From positions 157,476 through 189,475 of the forward strand of contig CAZHED010000005.1 in NCBI GenBank assembly GCA_964531095.1: a DNA stretch of 32,000 bases, read 5' to 3'. A program made the position numbers and the translations under genes. Source of the stretch: an uncultured Polyangiaceae bacterium. Lineage in GTDB: Bacteria > Myxococcota_A > Polyangia > Polyangiales > Polyangiaceae. The notes beneath the pieces were generated by a model that was not told where the DNA came from, did not search any database, and was given only the letters and a program-made list of their open reading frames with translations. Shown here in pieces: positions 9,049 to 18,430 of the stretch (position 1 is the stretch's first letter; each line of letters opens with the position of its first letter).

Positions 9049-9879
9049 TTAGCTGAAGAAACGGACCAGGTGTTCGTTCGTCTCCTCGGCGTGCGTCCAC
9101 GCGAAGTTGTGGGGACCGTCCTTGATCACGACAAGCTCCGCGCCCTTGACAGACTTCGCGGTGCGCGCGCCCGACGCATGGAACGGGACGATGCGGTCCG
9201 CGTCGCCGTGGACGACGAGCGTGGGCACATCGATCTTCTCCACGTCCTTGCGGAAATCGGTGTACCAACTGGCGACGCAGGCGAGCGACGCGGCAGCCGA
9301 CGAAATTGCCGCCGTGTTCCAGCCAATTCGCAGCACTTCTTCGCTCACGCGCGATCCGAGGAGCTTGTCCGCGTTGTAGAAGTTCTTGAAGAACTCGGTG
9401 AAGAACGCGTAGCGGTCCTTCTTGATCGCGGCCTCGATGCCGTCGAATACGCTCTTGTCGACGCCCTCGGCGTTGCCCGGGGCCTTGAGTAGGTACGGCG
9501 GGACCCCGCCGAGAATCGCCGCCCGCCTTACCTGTTTCGTTCCGTACTTGCCCATGTAGCGGACGACTTCGCCGCCGCCCATCGAGAAGCCGGCGAGCGA
9601 GAACGACTCGAGTTTCAGGTGGCCGACGAGCGCGTGCAGGTCGGCGGCGAACGTGTCGTAGTCGTAGCCCGTCGTCGGTTGACTCGACTTGCCGAAGCCG
9701 CGGCGGTCGTACGTGATCACGCGCTTGCCCGCGTTGAGGAGCGCCGCGGTCTGCTTCTCCCACGACGCGCCGTTCAGGGGATAGCCGTGGACCAGAATGA
9801 CCGCGTCGCCTTTGCCGTGGTCCTCGTAATACAGGTGGACTTCGGTGGAGTTTTCTTTGCTGACGGAGGCGTAGGACAT
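9049..9879 (-). CDS. alpha/beta hydrolase (non-haem haloperoxidase/esterase subgroup)
   Basis: Motifs seen: VILVHGYPLNGASWEKQ, the nucleophile elbow GFSMGGG, VVHGDADRIVP and GPHNFAWTH. Start set at ATG 9879 (MSYASV...); the ORF opens at 9978. Confidence 0.9.
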   Translation of the reverse strand: MSYASVSKENSTEVHLYYEDHGKGDAVILVHGYPLNGASWEKQTAALLNAGKRVITYDRRGFGKSSQPTTGYDYDTFAADLHALVGHLKLESFSLAGFSMGGGEVVRYMGKYGTKQVRRAAILGGVPPYLLKAPGNAEGVDKSVFDGIEAAIKKDRYAFFTEFFKNFYNADKLLGSRVSEEVLRIGWNTAAISSAAASLACVASWYTDFRKDVEKIDVPTLVVHGDADRIVPFHASGARTAKSVKGAELVVIKDGPHNFAWTHAEETNEHLVRFFS

Positions 9880-10186
9880 GCGCGCGACGCTACCGAACCG
9901 CCGCCTGAAAGGAAAGGGTCGGCCGCGGTGAACGGCCTGTCTCGACGCGACGCTTTCGCCATGGTTGCGCACGGTCACCGAGCTCTTGCGAGCGCGGGCC
10001 TACTTCGTTTGCGAGGTCGTCGTCCGCGCTCCGCCTGGCGAATGCGGCAACGCGCGGCCGCGCTACTCGGCGATTCTGGTCGGGGCGAGGGCGACCTTCG
10101 CTGTCGTGGCGGCGTTCCCTTCCGCCGGGTAGCCAGAGCATCGGGGCTTGACGGGCTCACTCGAGCGCGGCATGGGTCTGCTCGTC

Positions 10187-12223
10187 ATGAAGAGCTGCGG
10201 AATAAGGTTTCCGGGAGTCGTCGTGTCGTCCTTGGCGACGCTCCTCGCTGTCAGTTGTCTTCGCCCGCCCGAGTCGACGTCGACTCCCCAGCTGCGCCGC
10301 AGTGACGCACAACTCGTCGAGACCGGGGCCGCCCCCTATCCCTCCGAACCCAAGGCCCCGCCTCCCGTCCCGCCGCCCGCCGGAGCGGGGTTCGACATCA
10401 AGCTCCAAAAGTACATCGTGGTCGATCAGTTCGGCTATCAGCCGGAGCTGGCCAAGGTGGCCATCCTGGTCAACCCAAAGCGCGGATGGAACGCGGGCGA
10501 CGCGTACAGCCCTGGCCCGCGCCTCGAAGTGCGGCGCTGGAGCGACGGCACGACCGTCTTCGAGGGGGCACCGGCCGTGTGGAGCGACGGCGCCGTCGAT
10601 GCCGCCTCCGGCGATAGTGGCGCATGGTTCGATTTTTCCTCTTTGAAGGAGCCTGGCCTCTACTTCGTGCTCGATCCCAAAAACCATGTGCGCTCGTACC
10701 CCTTCGAAGTGAGCAAGGACGTCTATCGGCCCGTGCTCAAGGCGGCTCTTCGGATGTTCTATTACAACCGCGCAAACTTCGAAAAGAAGCCCCCTTATTC
10801 GTGCGTCGGCAAGAGATGTTGGTCGCTGGGCGTCGATTACATGGGCGAGGGCCAAGACAGCCAGGCCCGTAGCGTCACCGATCGCGACAACCCCAAGACG
10901 GCGCGCGACCTCAGCGGCGGCTGGTGGGATGCGGGCGACACCGACAAATACGTGACGTTCACGCAAGACGTCGTTCACCAATTGCTGACGGCCTATGAAG
11001 AGCACCCGCAACCGTTCACCGACGACTTCAACATTCCCGAATCGAACAACGGTCTTCCTGACTTGATCGACGAGATCGTCGTCGAGCTCGACTGGCTGAA
11101 GAAGATGCAGCCCGCCGACCTCCAGGGCGGGGCGCTCATCAAGATGGGCAACGTGGAGTACGGCGATCCGGTGCCCGACCAGAGCAAGCTCCGGCGCTTC
11201 TACTACCCGCAGCCCTGCTCGTCCGCGACGATCGTCGTGGCGGGAGTTTTTGCGCACGCAGCCCTCGTTCTCGGCAAATTCGACAAGCTTCGCGATTACG
11301 CGCGGGACCTGGGCCAACGGGGCGCACGCGCCTTCGATTTTTACGTCTCTCACCCCAGGAGCGATGCGTGCGACGATGACACGATCAAGTCCGGCGATGC
11401 CGACCGCTCCCTCGCCGAGCAAGACCGGATTGCCGTCGTGTCCTCGGTGTACCTCTTCGCGCTCACCGGGGACCCGAAATACGACGTGTGGGTCCAGACG
11501 AACTACTCGCGGACCCGCCCATTCACGGAGGACTCCTGGTCGATGTATGACCAGAGTCAAGGCGACGCGCTTCTTTATTATGCCGATCTGCCGAAGGCTG
11601 ACGCTGGGGTGAAGGCGGCCATCTTGGGACGCAAGAAGTCCGAGGCGGCCAGCGTCGACATTTACAAGCTGCGGCCCGATCTCGATCTGTACCGCGCGTA
11701 CATGCGCCCCTACTCGTACCACTGGGGCAGCAACAACGTCCGGGCGGCGATAGGCAACACGAACTGGGACGTCGTGGGCCATGGCCTGGCCGCTGGGGAC
11801 ACTTCGACGTTCGTCGAACGTGCTGCGGGGATCCTGCATTTCTTCCACGGCGTGAATCCCATGCAGATCGTTTACCTGACGAACATGTACGCCTACGGAG
11901 GCGATGCGTGCGTGGACGAGGCGTATCATTCCTGGTTTCGGGACAAGGACCCGAAGTGGGACAACGCGCGGACGTCCGAGCTAGGTCCCGCCCCCGGCTA
12001 CGTCACGGGGGGTCCCAACAAGAGCTATTGCGAGAGCAAAGAATCGCCGCCGCACCCGTGCGCGCATTCGCCCTTTCGTCGGCAGCCTCCGGGCAAGGCG
12101 TACATCGATTTCAATACGTCGTTTGATCCGACGAGCCCCTACGACAAGTCGTGGGAGCTCACCGAGCCGGCGATCTACTACCAGGCTTCGTACGTGAGGC
12201 TGGTGTCCAAGTTCGTCGACTGA
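10187..12223 (+). CDS. glycoside hydrolase family 9 endoglucanase, lipoprotein, with N-terminal Ig-like (CelD_N) domain
   Basis: Signal peptide and lipobox MKSCGIRFPGVVVSSLATLLAVSC. Ig-like segment VVDQFGYQPELAKVAIL. GH9 signatures DLSGGWWDAGDTDKY, YSYHWGSNN and GYVTGGPN. The ORF opens at 10148. Confidence 0.9.
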   Translation: MKSCGIRFPGVVVSSLATLLAVSCLRPPESTSTPQLRRSDAQLVETGAAPYPSEPKAPPPVPPPAGAGFDIKLQKYIVVDQFGYQPELAKVAILVNPKRGWNAGDAYSPGPRLEVRRWSDGTTVFEGAPAVWSDGAVDAASGDSGAWFDFSSLKEPGLYFVLDPKNHVRSYPFEVSKDVYRPVLKAALRMFYYNRANFEKKPPYSCVGKRCWSLGVDYMGEGQDSQARSVTDRDNPKTARDLSGGWWDAGDTDKYVTFTQDVVHQLLTAYEEHPQPFTDDFNIPESNNGLPDLIDEIVVELDWLKKMQPADLQGGALIKMGNVEYGDPVPDQSKLRRFYYPQPCSSATIVVAGVFAHAALVLGKFDKLRDYARDLGQRGARAFDFYVSHPRSDACDDDTIKSGDADRSLAEQDRIAVVSSVYLFALTGDPKYDVWVQTNYSRTRPFTEDSWSMYDQSQGDALLYYADLPKADAGVKAAILGRKKSEAASVDIYKLRPDLDLYRAYMRPYSYHWGSNNVRAAIGNTNWDVVGHGLAAGDTSTFVERAAGILHFFHGVNPMQIVYLTNMYAYGGDACVDEAYHSWFRDKDPKWDNARTSELGPAPGYVTGGPNKSYCESKESPPHPCAHSPFRRQPPGKAYIDFNTSFDPTSPYDKSWELTEPAIYYQASYVRLVSKFVD

Positions 12224-12446
12224 CGCGCGCCGTCCCAGGTCGACGTGTCGCACATCCAGTCGTTGAGGGACGAACTCGGCGCGGATCCAATGCGCGTGGC
12301 CGCCGGCCCGCGAGAAGGTGCTCGGCGGCAAACCCCGCGAGGTAGACTTGCGCGAGCGAGGTCGGGCGGACGAACATCCTCATCATGGCGTGACGCCCAT
12401 CGTTTTCTTGCGCAAATATGAGAGGTCGAAAAATCGCGCGAGGGTA

Positions 12447-12474
12447 TGTCGAGAGTTGCCCGTCTGCTCCGACC
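12447..12474 (+). promoter_or_regulatory. candidate ECF42-type promoter upstream of the yciI-sigma pair
   Basis: TGTCGA (12447-12452), 17 nt, then CGAC (12470-12473), about 70 nt upstream of the YciI ATG. This resembles the ECF42 target motif (-35 TGTCGA, -10 CGA/TC) as I recall it from the literature. Motif recall was not verified. Confidence 0.3.
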
Positions 12475-12544
12475 TCAGGGTGACGCCGGGACAGGCTCGG
12501 CGGCATTCGACGGCGTGTGAGGACGTGACGAAGGAGACCCGACG

Positions 12545-12943
12545 ATGAAATTCATGCTGATGATGCACGCGCCACGCGGCAACGGCGACTACCAGATCAA
12601 CCAGTGGAAGCCCGAGGAGTTCCGGGCCCACATCCAGTTCATGAAGGACCTCAACAAGGGTCTACGTGAAGCCGGCGAGCTGGTCGGCGCGGAAGGCCTC
12701 GCGCCTCCCGGCCAGGCACGCATCGTGCGCTCGCTTGGCCAAGGCGCCCCCGAGGTAACGGACGGCCCCTTCGCCGAGTCCAAGGAGTTCCTCGTGGGCT
12801 ACTGGATCGTCGACGTGGAGAACGCGGACCGCGCATTCGCAATCGCCGGTAAGGCGTCGACCGCGCCGGGCCCCGGTGGAAAGCCGCTCGGCATCAAGAT
12901 CGAGGTGCGTCAGGTGATGAGCGCACCGCCCGATTCGCTGTAG
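12545..12943 (+). CDS. YciI/DGPF-domain protein
   Basis: GAAGGAG RBS. EVTDGPFAESKEFLVGYWIVDVENADRAFAIA is the YCII-related (DGPF) signature. Confidence 0.85.
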   Translation: MKFMLMMHAPRGNGDYQINQWKPEEFRAHIQFMKDLNKGLREAGELVGAEGLAPPGQARIVRSLGQGAPEVTDGPFAESKEFLVGYWIVDVENADRAFAIAGKASTAPGPGGKPLGIKIEVRQVMSAPPDSL

Positions 12944-12959
12944 GACAAGCACTGCTGCA

Positions 12960-14201
12960 ATGAAAACGACCGGCGAGCACCTGCTCCGTGCGCTCGCGCC
13001 GCAAGTGCTCGGCGCCGTCGTCCGTCGCTACGGCGACTTCGGGGCCGCCGAGGACGCCGTGCAAGAAGCGCTCACCGCGGCTGCGTTCCAGTGGCCACGA
13101 ACCGGCACGCCCGAAAATCCTCGCGCATGGCTCATCCAGGTCGCCGCTCGGAAGCTCACCGATCAGATCCGGCTGGAGTCTGCGCGCCGTCGGCGTGAGA
13201 CGAAGATCACCCTCGAAACACCACCGGACGAGAAGATGGTACCGCCGCCCGACGAAGCACCCACAGAAGAGGACGACGCGCTCGTTCTTTTCTTCATGTG
13301 CTGCCATCCAGCGCTCACGCGGCCCTCCGCGATCGCGCTGACGTTGCGCGCAGTGGGTGGTCTCACCACGGCCGAGATCGCGAGCGCGTTTCTCGTGCCC
13401 GAGGCGACGATGGCGCAGCGAATCAGCCGGGCGAAGCAGAGCATCAAGAGCTCCGGCGTGGGCTTTGTGATGCCGCCGCCCAAGGAGCGAAGCGCGAGCC
13501 TCGGCGCCGTCCTCCATGTCCTCTATCTCATTTTCAACGAGGGCTACGCCACCAGTGCGGGGGAAACGCACCAGCGGGTGGATCTCTCGAATGAAGCGAT
13601 CCGCCTCGCACGTGCGATGCTGGAGCTCCTCCCGGACAACGGCGAGGTGAGGGGACTGCTGGCGCTCATGCTCCTCACCGACGCGCGGCGCGCCGCGAGA
13701 ACGGGACCGAACAGCGAGATCATTCCGCTCGACGAGCAGGATCGATCGCTCTGGAACAAGGAAGCGATCGCGGAAGGCGTGCGGCTCGTGACCGAGGCGA
13801 TGACAGGTGGCGCGGCGGGGTCGTATCTTCTGCAGGCTGCCATCGCGGCGGTGCACGACGAAGCGGCGCATGTCGACGAGACGGACTGGCCGCAGATCGT
13901 CGCGCTCTACGTCTCGCTGATGCGGATGTCCGACAACCCCATCGTGGCGTTGAACCACGCGGTGGCCGTCGCGATGGCCGAGGGACCGGACAGGGGGCTC
14001 GCGCTCCTCGAGAAGCTCGATCGCAATCCACGCATCAAAGGCCACTTTCGCCTCGATGCGGTGCGCGCCCACCTCCTCGAGCGCACGGGCGACGTCAAAG
14101 GCGCTCTTCCCTACTACGAGGCAGCGGCCGAAAAGACCGCGAGCATGCCGGAGCGCAACTATCTCCTCCTCAAGATCGGGCGCCTCAGGTTGGAGTCGTA
14201 A
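12960..14201 (+). CDS. ECF sigma factor with long TPR-like C-terminal extension (ECF42-type)
   Basis: Sigma-70 region 2 is present (EDAVQEALTAAAFQWP...PRAWLIQVAARKLTDQIR). Region 4 is present (LTLRAVGGLTTAEIASAFLVPEATMAQRISRAKQSI). A helical repeat extension of about 200 aa follows. It lies directly downstream of a DGPF gene, the conserved ECF42 context. Confidence 0.9.
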   Translation: MKTTGEHLLRALAPQVLGAVVRRYGDFGAAEDAVQEALTAAAFQWPRTGTPENPRAWLIQVAARKLTDQIRLESARRRRETKITLETPPDEKMVPPPDEAPTEEDDALVLFFMCCHPALTRPSAIALTLRAVGGLTTAEIASAFLVPEATMAQRISRAKQSIKSSGVGFVMPPPKERSASLGAVLHVLYLIFNEGYATSAGETHQRVDLSNEAIRLARAMLELLPDNGEVRGLLALMLLTDARRAARTGPNSEIIPLDEQDRSLWNKEAIAEGVRLVTEAMTGGAAGSYLLQAAIAAVHDEAAHVDETDWPQIVALYVSLMRMSDNPIVALNHAVAVAMAEGPDRGLALLEKLDRNPRIKGHFRLDAVRAHLLERTGDVKGALPYYEAAAEKTASMPERNYLLLKIGRLRLES

Positions 14202-14224
14202 GCGCGCGGCGGACGACCGCACGG

Positions 14225-14818
14225 TCACCTGCCTCGGCCGAGCCTCGCTACTTCGCGGTGCCGGAAGCAACTGACGACGTGGTCATTGACCATGCCCACG
14301 GCCTGCATGTGTGCATAAATGATGGTCGAGCCGACGAAGCTGAAGCCTCGGCGCTTCAGGTCCTTGCTGAACGCATCTGATTCGGCGGTGCGAGCCGGGA
14401 CGTCCTTCATGGTTCGCCGGCGGTTCTGCAAGGGGCGACCGCCGACGAAACGCCACTGGTACGCGTCGAAGCTGCCGAACTCGCGCTGCACGGCGACGAA
14501 GGCGCGAGCGTTCTTGATGGCGGATTCGATCTTGGCGCGGTTGCGCACGATCCCCGCGTCCTTCAAGAGCAGAGCGACCTTGCGCCGGTCGTAGGTCGCG
14601 ACCGTCTCCGGGTCGAAGTCGTCAAACAACCGCTGGTAGGCTTCGCGCTTGCGGAGGATGGTGATCCAGCTCAGTCCCGCCTGGGCTCCTTCGAGGACGA
14701 GGAACTCGAAGAGGAGGCGGTCGTCGTGGACGGGCACGCCCCATTCCTCATCGTGGTACGCGACGTAGCGGGGATCCGCTCCGGACCACGCGCAGCGTTT
14801 GGCCTTTCTTGTGGGCAT
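14225..14818 (-). CDS. tag: DNA-3-methyladenine glycosylase I
   Basis: CAWSGADPRYVAYHDEEWGVPVHDDRLLFEFLVLEGAQAGLSWITILRKREAYQ is the Tag signature. Start set at ATG 14818; the ORF opens at 14851. Confidence 0.9.
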   Translation of the reverse strand: MPTRKAKRCAWSGADPRYVAYHDEEWGVPVHDDRLLFEFLVLEGAQAGLSWITILRKREAYQRLFDDFDPETVATYDRRKVALLLKDAGIVRNRAKIESAIKNARAFVAVQREFGSFDAYQWRFVGGRPLQNRRRTMKDVPARTAESDAFSKDLKRRGFSFVGSTIIYAHMQAVGMVNDHVVSCFRHREVARLGRGR

Positions 14819-14863
14819 CGCGTCCGTATCTTGCCCGAATCGCACGGTCATCGCCCAGCGCGC

Positions 14864-15475
14864 TCAGGCTTTGCCGGTTGCCTTTCGCCAGGTCGGCCGC
14901 TCGCTGATTTTGTTCCACCACGACATGAGGTGCGGGAACTTCGCGAAGATGTCCTTCGCGGGCGTCGCCATGGCGTACTCGAGGTACGGCATGAAGCCGA
15001 CGTCGGCGAGCGTGAAGTCCGGGCCGGCGAGGAACGGGGTCTTCGCGAGCTGCGCTTCCATGACACCGCACGTTGTCACGAGGGCCTTCCCGGCGGCCTC
15101 GAGAACGGCGGGTTCCTGCGGGCGCTTGAAGACGTACTCGGCGACGAACTTCATCGCGTTTGCGCTGAACTCGGACGTCTCGATGCTGATCCACTGCTCC
15201 ATCTTGGCGCGCCCCTTCACGTCGGACGGGACGAGCTTTCCGCCCGCCTTATCGTTCAAATAGCGGGTCATGGCGCGCGACTCGAACATCTCGAAGCCGT
15301 CATCGTCGAGCGCGGGGACCCGGCCGAAGGGCTGACGGCGGAGGTGCGGCTCCTGCTTGTGCTCCCCCTTCGAAAAGTCCACGACAGTCAGCTCGAACGG
15401 CGTGTTGGTCTCCGCGAGGGTCATGAGGACCTTGCGGGTACAGGTGCTCATCGGGTTTCCGTAGATCTTCAGCAT
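14864..15475 (-). CDS. glutathione S-transferase
   Basis: MLKIYGNPMSTCTRKVLMTLAETNTPFELTVVDFSKGEHKQEPHLRRQPFGRVPALDDDGFEMFESRAMTRYL is a GST N-domain; a C-domain follows. 203 aa. Confidence 0.9.
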   Translation of the reverse strand: MLKIYGNPMSTCTRKVLMTLAETNTPFELTVVDFSKGEHKQEPHLRRQPFGRVPALDDDGFEMFESRAMTRYLNDKAGGKLVPSDVKGRAKMEQWISIETSEFSANAMKFVAEYVFKRPQEPAVLEAAGKALVTTCGVMEAQLAKTPFLAGPDFTLADVGFMPYLEYAMATPAKDIFAKFPHLMSWWNKISERPTWRKATGKA

Positions 15476-15796
15476 GGCGAACTACTCCTTCTTGGTCCGG
15501 GACGAAACGTGCTTGGTGGCATCGGTCGCGTCTACCGCGCGGCTTTGCCCAGCGGCAATAGCACGCGAACCCGTTCGTCGCGCAGGTACAGGCCCGCCCA
15601 CAGGAGCGCGCCGAGCAGCATCGGCACGACGAAGGCGTCGCCGACCCTGACGTGGGTCGCGACCGCCCCGCCGAGGTACTCGCACCCCGGTTCGCCCAAA
15701 TCGCGGCCGAGGTTTCGATGACGCTCGAGGTGGACGCAGAATTCGCAACAGGCCGCGGCGTCTTCACGCTAATCCGAGCACGAGGAGGGCACCAAG

Positions 15797-16273
15797 ATGA
15801 AGCCGAAGAACACAATCTGCCTCTGGTTCGACAAGGGCGCGCATGAGGCGGCGCGCTTCTACGCCGCTACCTTCCCGAACAGTGAAGTGACCGCCGTTCA
15901 CAAGGCGCCGGGCGACTTCCCCGGCGGCAAGGAAGGCGACGTACTCACGGTGGAGTTCACCGTGTTGGGTATTCCCTGTCTCGGTCTCAACGGCGGCCCG
16001 CAGTTTCACCACACCGAGGCCTTCTCCTTCCAAATCGCCACGGACAATCAGGAAGAAACCGACCGCTACTGGAGCGCGATCGTCAGCAACGGCGGGAAGG
16101 AAAGTCAGTGCGGTTGGTGCACGGACCGCTGGGGACTGTCCTGGCAAATCACCCCGCGTGCGCTCACGGACGCCCTTTCCGCCGGAGGCGCCGAGGCAAA
16201 GCGCGCTTTCTCGGCCATGATGTCGATGAAGAAGATCGACGTCGCCCGGATCGAGGCCGCACGCCGCGGGTGA
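15797..16273 (+). CDS. VOC-fold protein, 3-demethylubiquinone-9 3-methyltransferase-domain (PhnB-like)
   Basis: MKPKNTICLWFDK...FYAATFPNSEV...LTVEFTVLGIPCLGLNGGPQF...QCGWCTDRWGLSWQI matches the PF06983-type pattern. Confidence 0.85.
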   Translation: MKPKNTICLWFDKGAHEAARFYAATFPNSEVTAVHKAPGDFPGGKEGDVLTVEFTVLGIPCLGLNGGPQFHHTEAFSFQIATDNQEETDRYWSAIVSNGGKESQCGWCTDRWGLSWQITPRALTDALSAGGAEAKRAFSAMMSMKKIDVARIEAARRG

Positions 16274-16306
16274 ACCATCCAGCCGATGGTGCTCGATGCG
16301 CCCGAC

Positions 16307-16558
16307 CTACTTGCCCGTACGTTCGCGGTGGTTGCACCCCGGCCAGCAGCAGGGCCGACGCTGGCCCTCCTCGAGCTCCTCCTGGGTTCGGCGAATGCGG
16401 CGTTCTCGGGTCGTCGGTTGCTTGGCATCCTCGACCCAGCAGATGAACTCGTTGCGGGCTAGAGGCGTTATGTCCTTCCAAGCATCGAGCGCCGCAGGGT
16501 TGGCGAGCAGAGCTTTGCGCAGGTCGTCAGGAAGTGGGTGCACCACGCCGCCGGGCAC
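16307..16558 (-). CDS. YdeI/OmpD-associated family protein
   Basis: This is the C-terminal part of ORF 16307..17131. DDLRKALLANPAALDAWKDITPLARNEFICWVEDAKQPTTRERRIRRTQEELEEGQRRPCCWPGCNHR is the OmdA/YdeI signature. Start set at in-frame GTG 16558, because further upstream is occupied by the DinB gene on the other strand. Confidence 0.7.
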   Translation of the reverse strand: MPGGVVHPLPDDLRKALLANPAALDAWKDITPLARNEFICWVEDAKQPTTRERRIRRTQEELEEGQRRPCCWPGCNHRERTGK

Positions 16559-16714
16559 TTGCTGGCTTCTCACAAGACCAGGGTAGCGGCCATCCTCGAC
16601 GCGCGAGAAGCGTCCCGGCTTGCTCGCCAGGCGAGAGCGCTGCGCTCTTTCTCCAGACCTCCGAGGGCCATCGAGCCCAGTGTGGCACCGACCGCAAAGG
16701 GCTACAAATCCGGC

Positions 16715-17221
16715 ATGGACATCCTCACGCACTACTCGGCGATGGCTCGCTACAACCGTTGGATGAACGAGTCCCTCTACACGCACGCCGCGGCGCTCAC
16801 CGACGAGCAGCGCAACCGCGACGTCGGCGCCTTCTTCGGGTCGCTGTTTTCGACACTCGACCACATCCTTTTCGCGGACAAGGTGTGGCTTTCCAGGTTC
16901 GGCGCATGTGACCCGCCCAAGCCGCAATTCCCAAAGAATCGCATCTACGACGACTTCGAGGCGTTGCTCGCAGATCGACGCGCGACGGACGACGCGATCG
17001 ATCACTTCATCGCAAGCCTCACGGTCGACGCGCTCGATCAAGAAATGCGCTACGCGAATCTCCGCGGTGATCCCTGGACCCACCCGACGTGGTGGGCCGT
17101 GTCTCACTTCCTGAATCACGGCGTGCATCACCGTGGGCAGGCGACGACAATCCTGATGCAGCTCGGAGTGGACCCAGGCGTCACGGACCTAATCGCGATG
17201 CTCCGCGCGGAGAAGAACTGA
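16715..17221 (+). CDS. DinB-family protein
   Basis: HYSAMARYNRWMNESLY...LDHILFADKVWLSRF...HFLNHGVHHRGQATTIL shows the DinB four-helix-bundle His triad. Start set at ATG 16715; the ORF opens at 16538. Confidence 0.85.
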   Translation: MDILTHYSAMARYNRWMNESLYTHAAALTDEQRNRDVGAFFGSLFSTLDHILFADKVWLSRFGACDPPKPQFPKNRIYDDFEALLADRRATDDAIDHFIASLTVDALDQEMRYANLRGDPWTHPTWWAVSHFLNHGVHHRGQATTILMQLGVDPGVTDLIAMLRAEKN

Positions 17222-17437
17222 TAGGCGGAGCCGGTGCGCTCGACACCGTGACGGTGTTCCGCGTCGCCCGCGGAGCTTCACTAGCGCGTCGGCGATGTCC
17301 GCAGTATGACGCGCTGCCGTGCTAGACGTTGTTCTCCGTGCGCTCCGCGCGCGGCGTGCCTCGGGACGGCTGCTCCACCATCTGCCCGAGGCGCGCGTAG
17401 ACGAATGGTCCTCATCGGAGCCTCCGCGTGAGTGGTT

Positions 17438-18319
17438 TCACACCCACTCGAGCTTCTCGAGGTCGGCGATCAATCCCGGTCCGGTCGGCTGCCAGCCCAG
17501 CGACGCGCGCGTCTGCTCGCTCGCCGAGCGGATGTCTTCGCCTGCGAGCGCGGCCATCCACCCGAAGTAGCCCGGCGCCTCGTCGGGCGTGATCGAGCGA
17601 ACGGGCACTCGCAGTCCCTTCCCGAGGACAGCCGCGATCGCTCGCAGCTGCACGCCTTCCTCGCCCACGGCGTGGTAGCGCGCGGTCGCGTTCTTCTCGA
17701 GCGCGAGCCGGTAGAGCCGCGCCACGTCGTTCACGTGCGCTGCCGACCAGTGGTTCGAGCCATCGCCGACGTACCCCACGAAGCCCTTCTGGCGCGCGCC
17801 CTCGATCACGAACGAGACGAGCCCGGCGCGGCGCGTGTCGTGCACCTGCGGCAGCCGCACGATCGCGACGCGCACCCCGCGCTGCGCCACGGCATCGGCG
17901 GCCCGCTCGGGCGTGCGCGGGAATCCGCCCTCGGAAGGCGGCGTGTCGTTCTCGGTCGCCGGCCGACCTCGGGTGCTGACCATGCCCACACCCGAGGTCA
18001 CGATCAGCAGCTTCTGCGTGCCCGCGAGCGCGTCGCCCAGCGCCGCGATCGCCCGCTGCTCGTTCGCGCAATGGTCGGCGAACTTGGAGAAGTCGTGATC
18101 GAACGCGAGGTGGATTACCGCGTCCGCCTGCGCGGCCGGGGCCGAGAGCGTCTCGGGCCGCGTGAGGTCGCCACGCGCCACTTCCGCGCCCGCAAGGGCG
18201 AGCGCCGCCGACGACGCGTCGGAGCGCGCGAGCCCGACGATCGCATGCCCTGCGCACTTCAGCTCGCGGACGACGGCAGAACCGATGAAGCCCGTCGCAC
18301 CAGTGACGAATACACGCAT
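17438..18319 (-). CDS. NAD(P)-dependent oxidoreductase (extended SDR / epimerase-like)
   Basis: MRVFVTGATGFIGSAVVREL carries the Rossmann GxxGxxG motif. 293 aa. Confidence 0.85.
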   Translation of the reverse strand: MRVFVTGATGFIGSAVVRELKCAGHAIVGLARSDASSAALALAGAEVARGDLTRPETLSAPAAQADAVIHLAFDHDFSKFADHCANEQRAIAALGDALAGTQKLLIVTSGVGMVSTRGRPATENDTPPSEGGFPRTPERAADAVAQRGVRVAIVRLPQVHDTRRAGLVSFVIEGARQKGFVGYVGDGSNHWSAAHVNDVARLYRLALEKNATARYHAVGEEGVQLRAIAAVLGKGLRVPVRSITPDEAPGYFGWMAALAGEDIRSASEQTRASLGWQPTGPGLIADLEKLEWV

Positions 18320-18330
18320 GGGGACCTCCG

Positions 18331-18383
18331 CATGTCAGAGCCTGACATGACTGTTAACACGTGATGTCAGAGTCTGCAATCAC
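18331..18383. promoter_or_regulatory. two palindromic operator candidates in the SDR/TetR divergent intergenic region
   Basis: CATGTCAG-AGC-CTGACATG (18331-18349) is a perfect palindrome with 8-bp arms. GTGATGTCAGA-G-TCTGCAATCAC (18361-18383) pairs at 9 of 11 positions. Both share ATGTCAGAG(C/T)CTG. Confidence 0.5.
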
Positions 18384-18430
18384 TCATGGCAGGCCATGTC
18401 ATCGCTCGCGGATCGCCTACACTGACCCGC

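Noticed and set aside
10157-11929. 590-aa ORF antisense to the GH9 gene
   Set aside because: It is Arg/Gly/Pro/Val-rich with no recognisable motif, and it is fully nested in a gene with strong GH9 signatures. This is a typical shadow ORF of about 70% GC DNA.
12159-12506. Minus ORF with an FtsH-like snippet (QVYLAGFAAEHLLAG) in the GH9/yciI intergenic region
   Set aside because: Only about 12 residues are similar, the rest is Arg/Pro-rich, and the ORF overlaps the GH9 3' end.
12894-14270. 458-aa ORF antisense to the ECF42-type sigma gene
   Set aside because: Same reasoning: Arg-rich junk composition, while the plus-strand gene has clear sigma regions 2 and 4.
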